From a bacterium (lineage in GTDB: Bacteria > Methylomirabilota > Methylomirabilia > Methylomirabilales > 2-02-FULL-66-22), in contig JAKPQH010000028.1 in NCBI GenBank assembly GCA_029580855.1, positions 30,940 to 94,939 of the forward strand: a stretch of DNA of 64,000 bases, read 5' to 3'. Shown one piece after another: positions 30,679 through 43,060 of this stretch. Position numbers and translations under genes: made by a program. Every line of letters starts with the position of its first letter. Within the stretch, counting starts at the first letter, position 1. The notes below the pieces were generated by a model. The model was not told the origin of the DNA. It ran no database searches and saw only the letters and a list, made by a program, of their open reading frames with translations.

Positions 30679-30813
30679 TCAGACCGTCAGACGTCTCCGC
30701 CCCTTCGCCCTTCTGCGTTTTAAAACCTTTTGACCGTCGGTGGTGCTCATGCGCTTCCGAAAACCGTGACACGTTTTTCTCTTGCTTCGATTCGGTTGAT
30801 AGGTCCGCTTCAT
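30679..30813 (-). CDS. rpmH: 50S ribosomal protein L34
   Basis: This gene is not in the ORF track because it is under 60 aa. Hand translation gives [44 protein letters not shown] (44 aa). AAGGAG lies 5 nt upstream of the ATG. Confidence 0.93.
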   Translation of the reverse strand: MKRTYQPNRSKRKTCHGFRKRMSTTDGQKVLKRRRAKGRRRLTV

Positions 30814-30847
30814 CTAAGGCTCCTTTTGAATCATTGACGAAGCGCGT

Positions 30848-30876
30848 ATCTTATGTCCCATCCAAAATCTTGTCAA
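30848..30876 (-). promoter_or_regulatory. sigma70-like promoter candidate for rpmH-rnpA-yidD-yidC
   Basis: On the minus strand: TTGACA (30871-30876), a 17-nt spacer, then TAAGAT (30848-30853). This lies about 35 nt upstream of the rpmH ATG. Confidence 0.45.
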
Positions 30877-31081
30877 GGTTGTGGGGTGAGTTTTTTTGCG
30901 GTTTGGATATCGTCTATCCGAATGATCCTTGGGATCACGACCGGCTCCATGGCGGCTGATCTTCTGGAACCTCTGGCCGAGAGTCATCAAGACGTTCTAC
31001 TCGTGTTTCAGATGTTTTTGTTTAACACAAAGCTTTCCGTATTTTTGGAGTTAACCCTTTTGAATTTGTTGGTTTTCTGGG

Positions 31082-31101
31082 TTATCCACACCTGTGGAAA
31101 A
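31082..31101. promoter_or_regulatory. pair of convergent DnaA boxes
   Basis: TTATCCACA (31082-31090, perfect consensus), a CC spacer, then TGTGGAAAA (31093-31101). The second is the reverse complement of TTTTCCACA, one mismatch from consensus. Confidence 0.6.
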
Positions 31102-31503
31102 ACCTGTGTGTAACCTTTATCGTGAAAATCCAAGAATTTTTGTAGGTTTCCGGTTTGGAAACGATCAAGATGAAACTTAAAAGACAAAACATTTGTATGG
31201 TTTATCGCATGCCTAATTTATCGCTATACGAACGTATAAAGGCGGACTCGGTCAAGATCTTTTCAAGGCTCAGCGATTATGATCGGGAAGTTTATCGATT
31301 CGAATTCAAACAAAGCTCTTGTTGACATATTTGCTAACATTTTGGTAACATTACAAAAATGTGTTCGTAACCGATTTTTTCTGAAAAGATTTCAACATCA
31401 TTTCACGGCCGGACGCCCGTTTTCATTTTTGTGCCGTGAAGTCCACAACACCTCCAACATCCCAAGCGGTCGATGCGGCTTTATAAATTGACCAACTCTA
31501 GAG

Positions 31504-31563
31504 TTATTCACATTGCACGATCCCTATTACTTTTTCTGCTGTATTATTTTTTTCTTTCTTCCA
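31504..31563. promoter_or_regulatory. DnaA box TTATTCACA plus adjacent T-rich candidate unwinding element
   Basis: TTATTCACA at 31504-31512 has one mismatch to consensus. It is followed by TCCCTATTACTTTTTCTGCTGTATTATTTTTTTCTTTCTT (31521-31560). Confidence 0.4.
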
Positions 31564-31656
31564 GAGTTGTAGTCCGAGAAAAATACCGCAACCGACTGGG
31601 CCGTTTCCCAACATCCCCACGACATGATCACCAACCAACATGGGAGAGGGACACTC

Positions 31657-32760
31657 ATGCATATTCGTGTTGAGCGCGACGCCTTTGTCGACGCCCTCGG
31701 ACCGGTGCAGAGCGTCGTCGAGATGAAAAAGGCTTTGCCCATCCTCTCCCACGTTCTCCTCGATGCGGATCAAGAGGGACTCTCCCTTTTTGGCACCGAC
31801 CTGGATGTGGGACTTCGCAGGCAGGTCGTTGCCGAGGTGATAAAACCTGGCGCCGTTACAGTTTCGGCAAAAAAACTCTACGAAGTCGCAAAAGAACTCC
31901 CATCTGCAATGATCGAGTTTGAAGCGGATCCCGATTTCCAGGTGGCCATCTCGTGTCAGCGATCCAACTTTCGCATGAAGGGACTCTCGCGCGAGGAGTT
32001 TCCGTCGCTCCCCAACCTTCGTGGCGGCGACGAAGTCGTTCTCGAAGCCAAATTGTTCCGTGACCTTCTGCGGAAGACGCTGTTCGCCGTATCCTCTGAT
32101 CAGACACGATACGCGCTGACCGGTGTGCTGCTCCAGGCACAAACGAACAGCCTCAACGCGGTGGCGACGGATGGTCACCGGCTGGCGCTGGTTCGCATGG
32201 CTCGACCAGAAACGTCCGGCACGGCGGTGATTGATGCGCTCATTCCCAAGAAAGCCATGGTCGAGGCCGTAAAAATCGCGCGCGACGAGATAGGTGAAGT
32301 ACGCCTTTGGCTCTCGGAGAACCAAATTATCCTCCAGCAGGCCACGACGACGCTGGTTGCCCGTCTGATCGATGGTCAGTTCCCGAATTACGACCAGGTG
32401 GTTCCGTCCTTCACCCCGAATCAGATCAACCTGTCGAAGGATGTGCTCTACGGCGCGTTGCGACGGACATCGGCGATCATGGGGGAACGGACGACGCCCA
32501 CCGAGTTTGACTTCCAGGCGGGACGGTTGTTGATCAGTTGCGTGAACATGGACCTAGGCGAGGCCCACGAAGAGGTTGAGATTACCTACGCCGGCGAGGG
32601 TCTGAAGATCGGCTTCAACGCACGATATATTCTCGACTTCCTTTCCGCCGTGGATTCGGAGTCCATCACCCTCCACCTCACGGATCCATTGAGCCCTGCG
32701 GTATTCCGAGCCACCGGAGACGATGGGTACAGCTGCGTGATTATGCCGATGCGAATATAA
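31657..32760 (+). CDS. dnaN: DNA polymerase III subunit beta (sliding clamp)
   Basis: The ATG at 31657 (MHIRVERDAFVDAL...) gives 367 aa, with clamp blocks PILSHVLL and TDGHRLA and the C-terminal end YSCVIMPMRI. Confidence 0.95.
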   Translation: MHIRVERDAFVDALGPVQSVVEMKKALPILSHVLLDADQEGLSLFGTDLDVGLRRQVVAEVIKPGAVTVSAKKLYEVAKELPSAMIEFEADPDFQVAISCQRSNFRMKGLSREEFPSLPNLRGGDEVVLEAKLFRDLLRKTLFAVSSDQTRYALTGVLLQAQTNSLNAVATDGHRLALVRMARPETSGTAVIDALIPKKAMVEAVKIARDEIGEVRLWLSENQIILQQATTTLVARLIDGQFPNYDQVVPSFTPNQINLSKDVLYGALRRTSAIMGERTTPTEFDFQAGRLLISCVNMDLGEAHEEVEITYAGEGLKIGFNARYILDFLSAVDSESITLHLTDPLSPAVFRATGDDGYSCVIMPMRI

Positions 32761-32972
32761 CAAAACGTCGATTCAGGACAGGCGTCGGATGCAACGATGA
32801 CCTGACACGCGAAGAGCTCATTCGCCCGTGCGAGGTGTTGGTGATCGAGGAACGCTACCCGGGGTGTCGCCCGGCTCAGCGCCCGCCCGAGTCTGTCAAC
32901 GTCACAGAGCACATCACGTCCCAGGGGTGGAGTTTTTCCTTGGGCGGCGTCGGCAACCAAAGGGAAAAATGA

Positions 32973-35489
<2,517 letters not shown>

Positions 35490-35550
35490 CCAGTGCCGCC
35501 GGTGCGCGCGGCGCTGCCGGCTCGCCTAACGATCCCGGAAGGGGCATCCC

Positions 35551-38049
35551 GTGCCCGACGAGAACGACAGCATAGCTCAGCAGCGCGTGGGCGAGGTCCA
35601 CCCCACGGACATCCACGAGGAGATGCGGCGCTCGTACGTGGATTACGCCATGAGCGTCATCATCGGCCGCGCGCTGCCCGACGTCCGGGACGGTCTCAAG
35701 CCCGTGCACCGGCGGGTTCTCCACGCCATGGATGAGATGGGGCTCCATTACAACCGACCCCACCGCAAGGCGGCCCGCGTGGTCGGCGACGTCCTGGGCA
35801 AATACCACCCGCATGGCGATACGGCGGTCTACGACACCATCGTGCGGCTGGTGCAGGACTTCTCCATGCGGTACCCGCTGATCGACGGGCAAGGGAACTT
35901 CGGGTCCGTGGACGGCGACGCGCCGGCGGCCATGCGGTACACCGAGGTGCGGCTGGCCCGCCTGGCGCAGGAGATGCTCCGGGATATCGACAAGGAGACC
36001 GTGGACTTCATCCCGAACTACGATGAATCCACGGTGGAGCCCGTGGTCTTGCCCACCGTGCTCCCCAATCTGCTTGTGAACGGATCGTCCGGGATCGCGG
36101 TGGGTATGGCCACCAACATCCCGCCTCACAATCTAGGCGAGGTCGTGGATGCCGTCATCGCGCAGCTCGAAAACCCCGACATCACCATCGAGGCGCTCAT
36201 GCAGTTCCTGCCCGGTCCCGACTTCCCGACGGCGGGCTACATCCACGGACGCCAGGGGATCCTGGACGCGTACCGCACGGGCCGGGGCCTCATTCAGGTG
36301 CGCGCGAAAGCCTCCGTCGAGAAGGCGCGGGCGGGACGCGAGAACATCGTCGTGACCGAACTCCCCTACCAGGTGAACAAGGCCAAGCTGGTGGAGCGGA
36401 TCGCCGAGCTGCTCCGGGAGCGGAAGATCGAGGGGGTCTCGGATCTGCGCGACGAGTCGGACCGCGAAGGAATGCGCATCGTTCTGGAGTTGCGGAAGGA
36501 CGAGCCGGCGCTGCCGATCCTCAACTCGCTCTATAAGCACACGGCCATGCAGTCCACGTTCGGCGTGATCATGCTGGCGCTGGTGGACAACCAGCCGCGC
36601 GTCCTCGACCTCAAGCAGACGATCGGCCACTTCATCGACCACCGGAAGGCGGTCGTCATCCGACGGACCCGCTACGAGCTGCGTCAAGCGGAGGCCCGCG
36701 CCCACATCCTGGAGGGCTACCGTATCGCGCTGGACCATCTCGACGCGGTCATCCAGCTCATCCGCCGCTCGCGCTCCGTGGACGAGGCGCGGACCGGCCT
36801 CGTGCACGATTTCGGCATGAGCGAGGCCCAGGCCCAGGCCGTCCTGGACCTCCGCCTGCAGCGCCTCACACAGCTGGAACGGCAGAAGATCCAGGACGAG
36901 TACCAGGCGACGATTCAGCTGATTGCCAGGCTCCAGGCCATTCTGGGGAACGAGGCCCTGGTGCGCGCCATCATCCGGGACGAGTTGACCGCCCTCAAAG
37001 ACCAGTACGGCGACCCCCGGCGCACCGAGATCCTGGACGAGACGGCGGAAATCTCCTTTGAGGACACGCTGGCCGACGAAGAGATGGTGGTGACCATCAG
37101 CCACGGCGGGTACATCAAGCGAAGCCCGCTGGCCATCTACCGCTCACAGCGCAGGGGCGGCAAGGGCATGACGGGCATGGCCACCAAAGAGGAGGACTAC
37201 GTCGAGCACCTCTTCGTGGCGACCACCCACAGCTACATTCTGCTCTTCACCAATTTGGGCCGGGTCCACTGGCTGAAGGTCCACGAGACGCCACAGCTGG
37301 GGCGCGCCGCCAAGGGCAAGGCGCTGGTCAACTTCCTCCAGGTGCAGCCGGCGGAGATGGTCACGGCCATGATCCCCATCCGGCAGTTCGAGGTGGGCCG
37401 GTATCTGTTCATGGCGACCCGGCGGGGCGTGGTGAAGAAGACCGAGCTCCAGGCGTACGCCAACCCGCGGGCGGGCGGGATCATCGCCCTCACGCTGGAC
37501 GCGGCGGACGAACTGATCGCCGTCCGCCTCACCGGCGGCGAGGACGAAATCTTCCTGGCCACCAAACAGGGCATGGCCATCCGCTTCGGCGAGCAGGAGG
37601 TTCGGCCCATCGGCCGCGCCGGCCGCGGCGTCAACGGCATCGGCTTGGAGGAGGGCGACGAGGTCGTCGCGGCGGAGGTCGTCCGGCCCGGGACCACGGT
37701 TCTCACGGTGAACGAGCGCGGGTACGGCAAGCGCACGGAACTGGCGGAGTACCGCCTCCAGGGCCGCGGCGGAAAAGGCATCATCAACGTGCGGGTCACG
37801 GAGAAGAACGGCCCCGTGGTGGGTGCGTTGCAGGTGCAGGAGCAGGATCAGGTCATGATGATCTCCCAGGAAGGCAAGGTGAACCGGGTCAACGTCCGGG
37901 AGATCAGCGTCATCGGCCGGGCCACGCAGGGGGTCCGCTTGCAGGGGCTGGAGGCCAACGACCGTGTCGCCGCGGTCACCAGCCTCGTGGCGGACGAGGG
38001 CGAGGGCGAGACGACCGGCAACGGTGTGGAACCCGTGAGCGAGAACTAG
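35551..38049 (+). CDS. gyrA: DNA gyrase subunit A
   Basis: The 832-aa ORF has the active-site region [10 protein letters not shown], the QRDR-like [12 protein letters not shown], and a C-terminal beta-pinwheel repeat region. Confidence 0.97.
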   Translation: MPDENDSIAQQRVGEVHPTDIHEEMRRSYVDYAMSVIIGRALPDVRDGLKPVHRRVLHAMDEMGLHYNRPHRKAARVVGDVLGKYHPHGDTAVYDTIVRLVQDFSMRYPLIDGQGNFGSVDGDAPAAMRYTEVRLARLAQEMLRDIDKETVDFIPNYDESTVEPVVLPTVLPNLLVNGSSGIAVGMATNIPPHNLGEVVDAVIAQLENPDITIEALMQFLPGPDFPTAGYIHGRQGILDAYRTGRGLIQVRAKASVEKARAGRENIVVTELPYQVNKAKLVERIAELLRERKIEGVSDLRDESDREGMRIVLELRKDEPALPILNSLYKHTAMQSTFGVIMLALVDNQPRVLDLKQTIGHFIDHRKAVVIRRTRYELRQAEARAHILEGYRIALDHLDAVIQLIRRSRSVDEARTGLVHDFGMSEAQAQAVLDLRLQRLTQLERQKIQDEYQATIQLIARLQAILGNEALVRAIIRDELTALKDQYGDPRRTEILDETAEISFEDTLADEEMVVTISHGGYIKRSPLAIYRSQRRGGKGMTGMATKEEDYVEHLFVATTHSYILLFTNLGRVHWLKVHETPQLGRAAKGKALVNFLQVQPAEMVTAMIPIRQFEVGRYLFMATRRGVVKKTELQAYANPRAGGIIALTLDAADELIAVRLTGGEDEIFLATKQGMAIRFGEQEVRPIGRAGRGVNGIGLEEGDEVVAAEVVRPGTTVLTVNERGYGKRTELAEYRLQGRGGKGIINVRVTEKNGPVVGALQVQEQDQVMMISQEGKVNRVNVREISVIGRATQGVRLQGLEANDRVAAVTSLVADEGEGETTGNGVEPVSEN

Positions 38050-38068
38050 AGAAAGGACGCGACGCGGC

Positions 38069-39355
38069 ATGCTGGACGCCAAGCTGGTGCGGGACAACCT
38101 CAAAGCGGTTCAGGCTCGCCTGCGGGACCGGGGCGCGGAGCCGGACTTCGGCGAGTTCCTGGCCGCGGACGAAAGCCGCCGTCGCATCCTGACCGACGTG
38201 GAGCAGCTCAAACACCGCCGCAACACCGTCTCCGAGGAGGTCGGCCGCCGCAAGAAGGCCGGAGAAGACACCAGCACCCTGATCGCGGAGATGCGCGGCG
38301 TCGGAGACCGGATCAAGGCGCTGGACGACGAGGTGCGGGTCCACGAGGAGCGGATGCAGCAATTTCTCCTGACCGTCCCCAACCTCCCCCACGCCTCGGT
38401 GCCGGTCGGCCGGGACAGCGGATGCAACCTCGAGGTGCGGCGCTGGGGCGAACCGCGCCGATTTGATTTCCCCCCCAAGCCCCACTGGGAGCTTGGGGAA
38501 GCGCTCGGGATCTTGGATTTCGAGCGCGCGTCGCGGATGTCCCAGGCTCGTTTCGCGGTGCTCAAAGGGCCGGGCGCCCGACTGGAGCGGGCGCTCGTGA
38601 ACTTCATGCTGGACCTCCACACCGGGGAGCACGGCTACACCGAGATCTTCCCGCCGCTGCTGGTGAATGCGGCGGCCATGACCGGAACTGGCCAGCTGCC
38701 CAAGTTCGCCGAGGACCTGTTCAAGACCCAGGACGAATCGCTCTATCTCATCCCGACCGCCGAGGTGCCGGTGACCAACCTTCACCGGGAGGAGATTCTT
38801 TCTGCGGACACGCTGCCGCTCTCCTATGTGGCCTTTACGCCCTGTTTTCGGCGCGAGGCGGGGTCGTACGGCAAGGACACACGAGGCCTGATCCGGCAGC
38901 ACCAGTTCAACAAGGTGGAACTGGTGAAATTCACGACGCCCGGCGATTCCTACGAAGCTCTGGAGCGAATGGCTCGCGATGCGGAGACCGTCCTGCAGCG
39001 TCTCGGTCTGCCGCATCGCACCGTCGTGTTGTGTACCGGTGACATGGGGTTTTCGGCGGCAAAGACCTATGACCTGGAGGTCTGGCTGCCCAGTCAACCC
39101 GACGGTGGCTCATACCGGGAGATCTCGTCCGTCAGCAACTGCGAAGCCTTTCAGGCGCGTCGTGCGAACATCCGCTACCGGCCTGCGCCAAAGGCCCCGC
39201 CCGAGTACGTGCACACATTGAACGGCTCGGGCGTTGCGGTAGGCCGCACGTTTCTCGCCATCTTGGAGAACTATCAGGAGGCGGACGGCAGCGTGCGCGT
39301 CCCGGACGCGCTCCGCCCGTACCTGGGCGGAGCGGAGCGAATCCGCAAACCCTAG
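38069..39355 (+). CDS. serS: seryl-tRNA synthetase
   Basis: The 428-aa ORF has an N-terminal coiled-coil arm and class II motifs ([34 protein letters not shown]). Confidence 0.96.
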   Translation: MLDAKLVRDNLKAVQARLRDRGAEPDFGEFLAADESRRRILTDVEQLKHRRNTVSEEVGRRKKAGEDTSTLIAEMRGVGDRIKALDDEVRVHEERMQQFLLTVPNLPHASVPVGRDSGCNLEVRRWGEPRRFDFPPKPHWELGEALGILDFERASRMSQARFAVLKGPGARLERALVNFMLDLHTGEHGYTEIFPPLLVNAAAMTGTGQLPKFAEDLFKTQDESLYLIPTAEVPVTNLHREEILSADTLPLSYVAFTPCFRREAGSYGKDTRGLIRQHQFNKVELVKFTTPGDSYEALERMARDAETVLQRLGLPHRTVVLCTGDMGFSAAKTYDLEVWLPSQPDGGSYREISSVSNCEAFQARRANIRYRPAPKAPPEYVHTLNGSGVAVGRTFLAILENYQEADGSVRVPDALRPYLGGAERIRKP

Positions 39356-39470
39356 CGGTTTACATTTCCGCTTCACTTTCGGCGTCGGGTTCTCTATCAT
39401 GGCCTCTCGGCGAGGTGGTCCGCGGCCGGCAGGCTTCGCGGATAATCCTCGCCGGCGCTGGACGCGCGTC

Positions 39471-39556
39471 GGAGGGGTGGCCGAGTGGTCGAAGGCGTCC
39501 CGCTTGAAACGGGATGACCGAAAGGTCCGTGGGTTCGAATCCTACCCCCTCCGCCA
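39471..39556 (+). tRNA. tRNA-Ser (anticodon UGA)
   Basis: The acceptor GGAGGGG pairs with CCCCTCC. The anticodon arm is TCCCG-CTTGAAA-CGGGA. It has a long variable arm, the T-loop GGTTCGAATCC and an encoded CCA. Confidence 0.9.
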
Positions 39557-39666
39557 GCGGTGCGGGACCGGCGTACGGGAGCGTGTAAAGAAAGCCGACC
39601 CGGGCGGCGTGGCGATCGCGTCCGGGCGCTTCCGATATCAGGGTGACGACAGGCGGACGAGAACGC

Positions 39667-39758
39667 GGAGAGGTGGCCGAGCGGCCGAAGGCAACCGCCT
39701 GCTAAGCGGTTGGTCGGGTAAAACTGGCCCCCGGGTTCGAATCCCGGCCTCTCCGCCA
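39667..39758 (+). tRNA. tRNA-Ser (anticodon GCU)
   Basis: The acceptor GGAGAGG pairs with CCTCTCC. The anticodon arm is ACCGC-CTGCTAA-GCGGT. It has a long variable arm, the T-loop GGTTCGAATCC and an encoded CCA. Confidence 0.9.
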
Positions 39759-39849
39759 AATCACGACGGTTCTTCGTCGAGACCGCACGGACTGCTTCAG
39801 ACCGGGGGCGCGACCGTCCCAGCAAGGGCGGGTTGCGCCTTCGGCGTCT

Positions 39850-40476
39850 GTGCGAGCGGGCAGGCAGGTGCGCGAGACCGACCCGAGACCGATCACGCGG
39901 CGCTGGGTGTTGTCGGGGTTGGCGGTCGCAATTCCGCTGGGCGCAGTCGCGATCTATTTTGCGTTCCTTGCGCCGCCTCCGCCCCCCGCACCCGCCGCCT
40001 CCGCCTCGCGAGGCGCCGCACCGGCGGGGCTGCCGCCGGATCACCCCCCGATTGGCGGCACGGAGGGCAGCGCACCGAGCGGGGAGCGGGCCCATCCTCA
40101 GATGGGCAGCACGGGTCGGGCGGTTCGGGTGCCTGACGAAGTCAAGGGGAAGTGGCGGGCGGTCAGGCTGAAGGTGGAAACGAAGGGCGGTGGCGGTCCG
40201 CCGCAGACCATCACGTTGGGTTTGGGCGCCGAGGCTGCCGTCCAGGGGACCAGGCTCAAGCTACGCGCGGAGGAGTTTCTTCCGGCGCTGCACGTGAAGG
40301 ACAACGAGATCACATCGGGTTCGAATGAGCCCGTGAATCCGGCCGTGTTGATGACGATCTGGGAAGACGGCAAACGGGTCTTCCACGGCTGGTTGTTCGG
40401 CAAGTTCCCCGATATGCAGCCGTTCGAGCACCCCAAATATCGGATCACGCTGATCGAAGGGGTGCCGGCGGGTTAG
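39850..40476 (+). CDS. membrane-anchored hypothetical protein with a DUF2155-like C-terminal domain
   Basis: The 208-aa ORF uses a GTG start. It has one TM helix (WVLSGLAVAIPLGAVAIYFAFL) and a Pro/Ala-rich linker. The C-terminal block VFHGWLFGKFPDMQPFEHPKYRITLIE resembles the DUF2155 signature as I recall it. Confidence 0.6.
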   Translation: MRAGRQVRETDPRPITRRWVLSGLAVAIPLGAVAIYFAFLAPPPPPAPAASASRGAAPAGLPPDHPPIGGTEGSAPSGERAHPQMGSTGRAVRVPDEVKGKWRAVRLKVETKGGGGPPQTITLGLGAEAAVQGTRLKLRAEEFLPALHVKDNEITSGSNEPVNPAVLMTIWEDGKRVFHGWLFGKFPDMQPFEHPKYRITLIEGVPAG

Positions 40477-40498
40477 CCGTGAGCAAGCCGGGGACGTC

Positions 40499-40592
<94 letters not shown>

Positions 40593-40670
40593 GCCCGAGC
40601 ATTTCCGGCGAGCGGCCGTTGCGGCTGTCTGGCGAGGGTTCGCGGGAAACGGGGTCTCCTGTCGGTACCC

Positions 40671-40760
40671 GGAGAGGTGTCCGAGTGGTTGAAGGAGCAC
40701 GCCTGGAGAGCGTGTGTGGGGGAAACTCCACCCCGGGTTCGAATCCCGGCCTCTCCGCCA
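40671..40760 (+). tRNA. tRNA-Ser (anticodon GGA)
   Basis: The acceptor GGAGAGG pairs with CCTCTCC. The anticodon arm is CACGC-CTGGAGA-GCGTG. It has a long variable arm, a T-loop and an encoded CCA. Confidence 0.9.
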
Positions 40761-40871
40761 CCTTGTCGGCGCCGGCCGGCAGGGGTGGGCTGTCAGGAGA
40801 CTTGACGGATCAGGAGTTTCGGCAGGCTAAAACCGCCGATCACCTGGGCGCCGGACGGTTTGCGCGGCGTC

Positions 40872-40975
40872 GATGATCGGGTCTCGCGCATGGTAGCCCT
40901 GTGAACCCCGCCAGATCCGGAAGGAAGCAACGGTAAACAGCGAGCGGCCGGTGCCGCGAGGCCACCCGATCGGAG
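40872..40975 (+). ncRNA. ffs: signal recognition particle RNA (small/4.5S type)
   Basis: The conserved domain IV core CCAGATCCGGAAGGAAGCAACGG is present. The closing helix is GATCGGGT (40875-40882) paired with ACCCGATC (40964-40971). It sits in the conserved position just upstream of dnaX. The ends are approximate. Confidence 0.75.
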
Positions 40976-41038
40976 TTGCGCGGGCCGTCCGGCGCTCGCT
41001 CTTTGAGCGACGCCCGGCCGGGAAACGTTGGGAGCGAC

Positions 41039-42724
41039 ATGTCCTACGAGGTCATTGCGCGGCGGTGGCGGCCCATGGGCTTCGAGACAGTGGTCGGCCA
41101 GCGCCACGTGACCGATACCCTCAGAAACGCCATCGCCGCCGACCGCATGGCCCACGCCCTCCTCTTCGCCGGGCCGCGCGGGGTGGGAAAAACGACCACG
41201 GCCCGGATCGTGGCCAAGGCGCTGAACTGCGTATCCGGCCCGACATCCGCGCCGTGCGGGGCGTGTTCCACCTGCGAAGAGATCGCCGCCGGACGGTCCA
41301 TGGACTGCATCGAAGTGGACGCGGCCTCGAACACCCAGGTGGAAAAGACGCGCGAGCTGTTGGAGACCGTGCAGTATGCGCCCACGCGCGGCAGACACAA
41401 GGTCTACATCATCGACGAAGCCCACATGCTGTCCACCAGCTCGTTCAACGCGCTCCTGAAAACGCTGGAGGAGCCGCCCCCGCGGGTGCTGTTCATTCTG
41501 GCCACGACGGAACCGCACCGGATTCCCACCACCATCCACTCGCGTTGCCAGCGGTACGACTTCCGACTGCTCGGGGCGGCGGAGATCGGCGGCCGCCTGC
41601 AAGAAATCGCGGCGGCCGAAGGCGTGACCGCCGACGAGGGGGCCATCACGATCCTGGCGCAGGCGGGCTGCGGAAGCCTTCGTGACGCTGAGAGTCTGCT
41701 GGACCAGGCGATCGCCTGCCTGGGCCACCGACTGGAGGCGGCCGCGGTCGCCGAGCTTTTGGGTTTGGTGCGGGCCGATGTCCTGGCCGAGGCGGCCGCG
41801 GCCGTCCTGGCGCGGGATGCCGCCGCCGCGCTTCGACTGGTAGACGGGCTGGCGCGGCACGGTCATGACCTGCGGCAGTTCGCCCTGGAGCTTGCGACGC
41901 ACCTTCGGGACGTCGCCATCCTCAAGCTCTGTGCGGAGCCGGGCACGCTCTTGGAAGGGGCTCGGGTGGATATGACCGTCAGTCGCCGCCAGGCCGAGCA
42001 GGCCACCGTCTCGGAGTTGGAAGCCATGATCAAGGGCCTCCAGCAGGCGGAAGTCGAGATGCGACGCGCCACACAGCCGCGCCTCGTTCTCGAAATGGCG
42101 CTGATCCGGCTGGCCGAAATTCGTCGCCTGCCGACCGTCCAGGGGATCTTGGATCAATTGGCGACGCTGGAGAACCGGCTCGGCGGCGGGCAGGCGTCCG
42201 CACCGCGGCCGTCGGTGCTGCCGCTTTTCGATCGGCAGACTCCGCCCCGCCCCGCCCCGGGCCCCCCGCCGGCGATCCCCGCCGGCGCCAAAGTGGCGGA
42301 GACCACCCCGCCCTCGGCTCGATCCCTTGCGGCCCCGCCCGCTCCGCTCGTCGATCTGGCCGGAAAATGGGAGACCGCTGTGGGCAGACTGAAGGGACGA
42401 AAACGCCTGGCCTCGGTCCTCGCCGAGGTCCGACTCGCGAGTCGAGAAGGGGACCGGCTTGTCCTGGAGGTCCCCAACGGCAATGCGTTCGTCCGAGACA
42501 CGCTGGAGGATCCGGAGACCCGACAACTCCTGGGAGAGACAGCGTCCTCCATCTTCGGCGGCCGGTTGCGCGTGGAGTACCGGTTCGTTCCGGGCGAGCC
42601 GGCGCCGGCGTCGCCGGCTGTGGCGGACGCTGTGCGGGGCGAGGTGCGGTTCCAAGACCACCCGCTGGTCCAAGAGGCGCTGAGCCTGTTCGGCGGCACC
42701 ATCGTCCGCGAGACGGCGAGCTGA
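41039..42724 (+). CDS. dnaX: DNA polymerase III subunits gamma/tau
   Basis: The ATG at 41039 (MSYEVIARRWRP) gives 561 aa. It has Walker A GPRGVGKTT, a zinc module (CxxC...CxxC), Walker B/sensor motifs VYIIDEAHML and the SRC motif (HSRCQRY). Confidence 0.95.
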   Translation: MSYEVIARRWRPMGFETVVGQRHVTDTLRNAIAADRMAHALLFAGPRGVGKTTTARIVAKALNCVSGPTSAPCGACSTCEEIAAGRSMDCIEVDAASNTQVEKTRELLETVQYAPTRGRHKVYIIDEAHMLSTSSFNALLKTLEEPPPRVLFILATTEPHRIPTTIHSRCQRYDFRLLGAAEIGGRLQEIAAAEGVTADEGAITILAQAGCGSLRDAESLLDQAIACLGHRLEAAAVAELLGLVRADVLAEAAAAVLARDAAAALRLVDGLARHGHDLRQFALELATHLRDVAILKLCAEPGTLLEGARVDMTVSRRQAEQATVSELEAMIKGLQQAEVEMRRATQPRLVLEMALIRLAEIRRLPTVQGILDQLATLENRLGGGQASAPRPSVLPLFDRQTPPRPAPGPPPAIPAGAKVAETTPPSARSLAAPPAPLVDLAGKWETAVGRLKGRKRLASVLAEVRLASREGDRLVLEVPNGNAFVRDTLEDPETRQLLGETASSIFGGRLRVEYRFVPGEPAPASPAVADAVRGEVRFQDHPLVQEALSLFGGTIVRETAS

Positions 42725-42733
42725 GGAGGACTC

Positions 42734-43045
42734 ATGGCGGGACTCGGCGACCTCATGAAGCAGGCCCAGCGGCTGAAAGCGGAGATGGACCGGATCCAGG
42801 CAGAGGCCGCGGCGAAGACCGTCGAGGGCAGCGCCGGCGGCGGCATGGTGACCGCGCTCGCCACCGGCAAGGGGGAACTGCTGTCGGTGCAGATTGATCC
42901 GGCGGCGGTGCGTGAGGAGGACCTGGACATGCTCCAGGATCTGATCACCGCCGCCGTCAACGACGCCTTGCGAAAGGCCCGGGAGCTCCTGGCCCAAGAC
43001 GTCTCGCGGCTCACCGGCGGGTTCGGCCTGCCCGGTCTTTTCTAG
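42734..43045 (+). CDS. ybaB: YbaB/EbfC nucleoid-associated protein
   Basis: The 103-aa ORF begins GDLMKQAQRLKAEMDRIQAE.. and contains MLQDLITAAVNDAL. It sits in the conserved dnaX-ybaB-recR position. Confidence 0.9.
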   Translation: MAGLGDLMKQAQRLKAEMDRIQAEAAAKTVEGSAGGGMVTALATGKGELLSVQIDPAAVREEDLDMLQDLITAAVNDALRKARELLAQDVSRLTGGFGLPGLF

Positions 43046-43060
43046 CCGAACGGAGATCGC

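Larger units (their letters stand above)
30877..31656. other. candidate chromosomal replication origin (oriC)
   Basis: This is an AT-rich, ORF-poor spacer between divergent rpmH and dnaN. It carries DnaA boxes at 31082-31090, 31093-31101 and 31504-31512, and a T-rich tract at 31521-31563. Gene-strand bias switches here. Confidence 0.55.

Noticed and set aside
31116-31300. Additional TTATCG-type motifs (TTATCGTGA, TTATCGCAT, TTATCGCTA, TTATCGATT) and AAGTCCACA at about 31447, as extra DnaA boxes.
   Set aside because: Each has three mismatches to TTATCCACA. Matches like this are expected by chance in AT-rich DNA, so they are not counted as evidence.
30853-31673. Three short plus-strand ORFs (30853-31113, 31279-31491, 31473-31673) inside the AT-rich rpmH-dnaN gap.
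   Set aside because: They have no ribosome-binding sites, odd composition and no motifs, and they cover the DnaA boxes. Together they are far too short to be a diverged dnaA. I treat them as non-coding origin DNA.
41039-42724. A programmed ribosomal frameshift site in dnaX (tau/gamma), as in E. coli.
   Set aside because: I saw no A-rich slippery heptamer (A AAA AAG type) in the gene. There is no basis to claim one.
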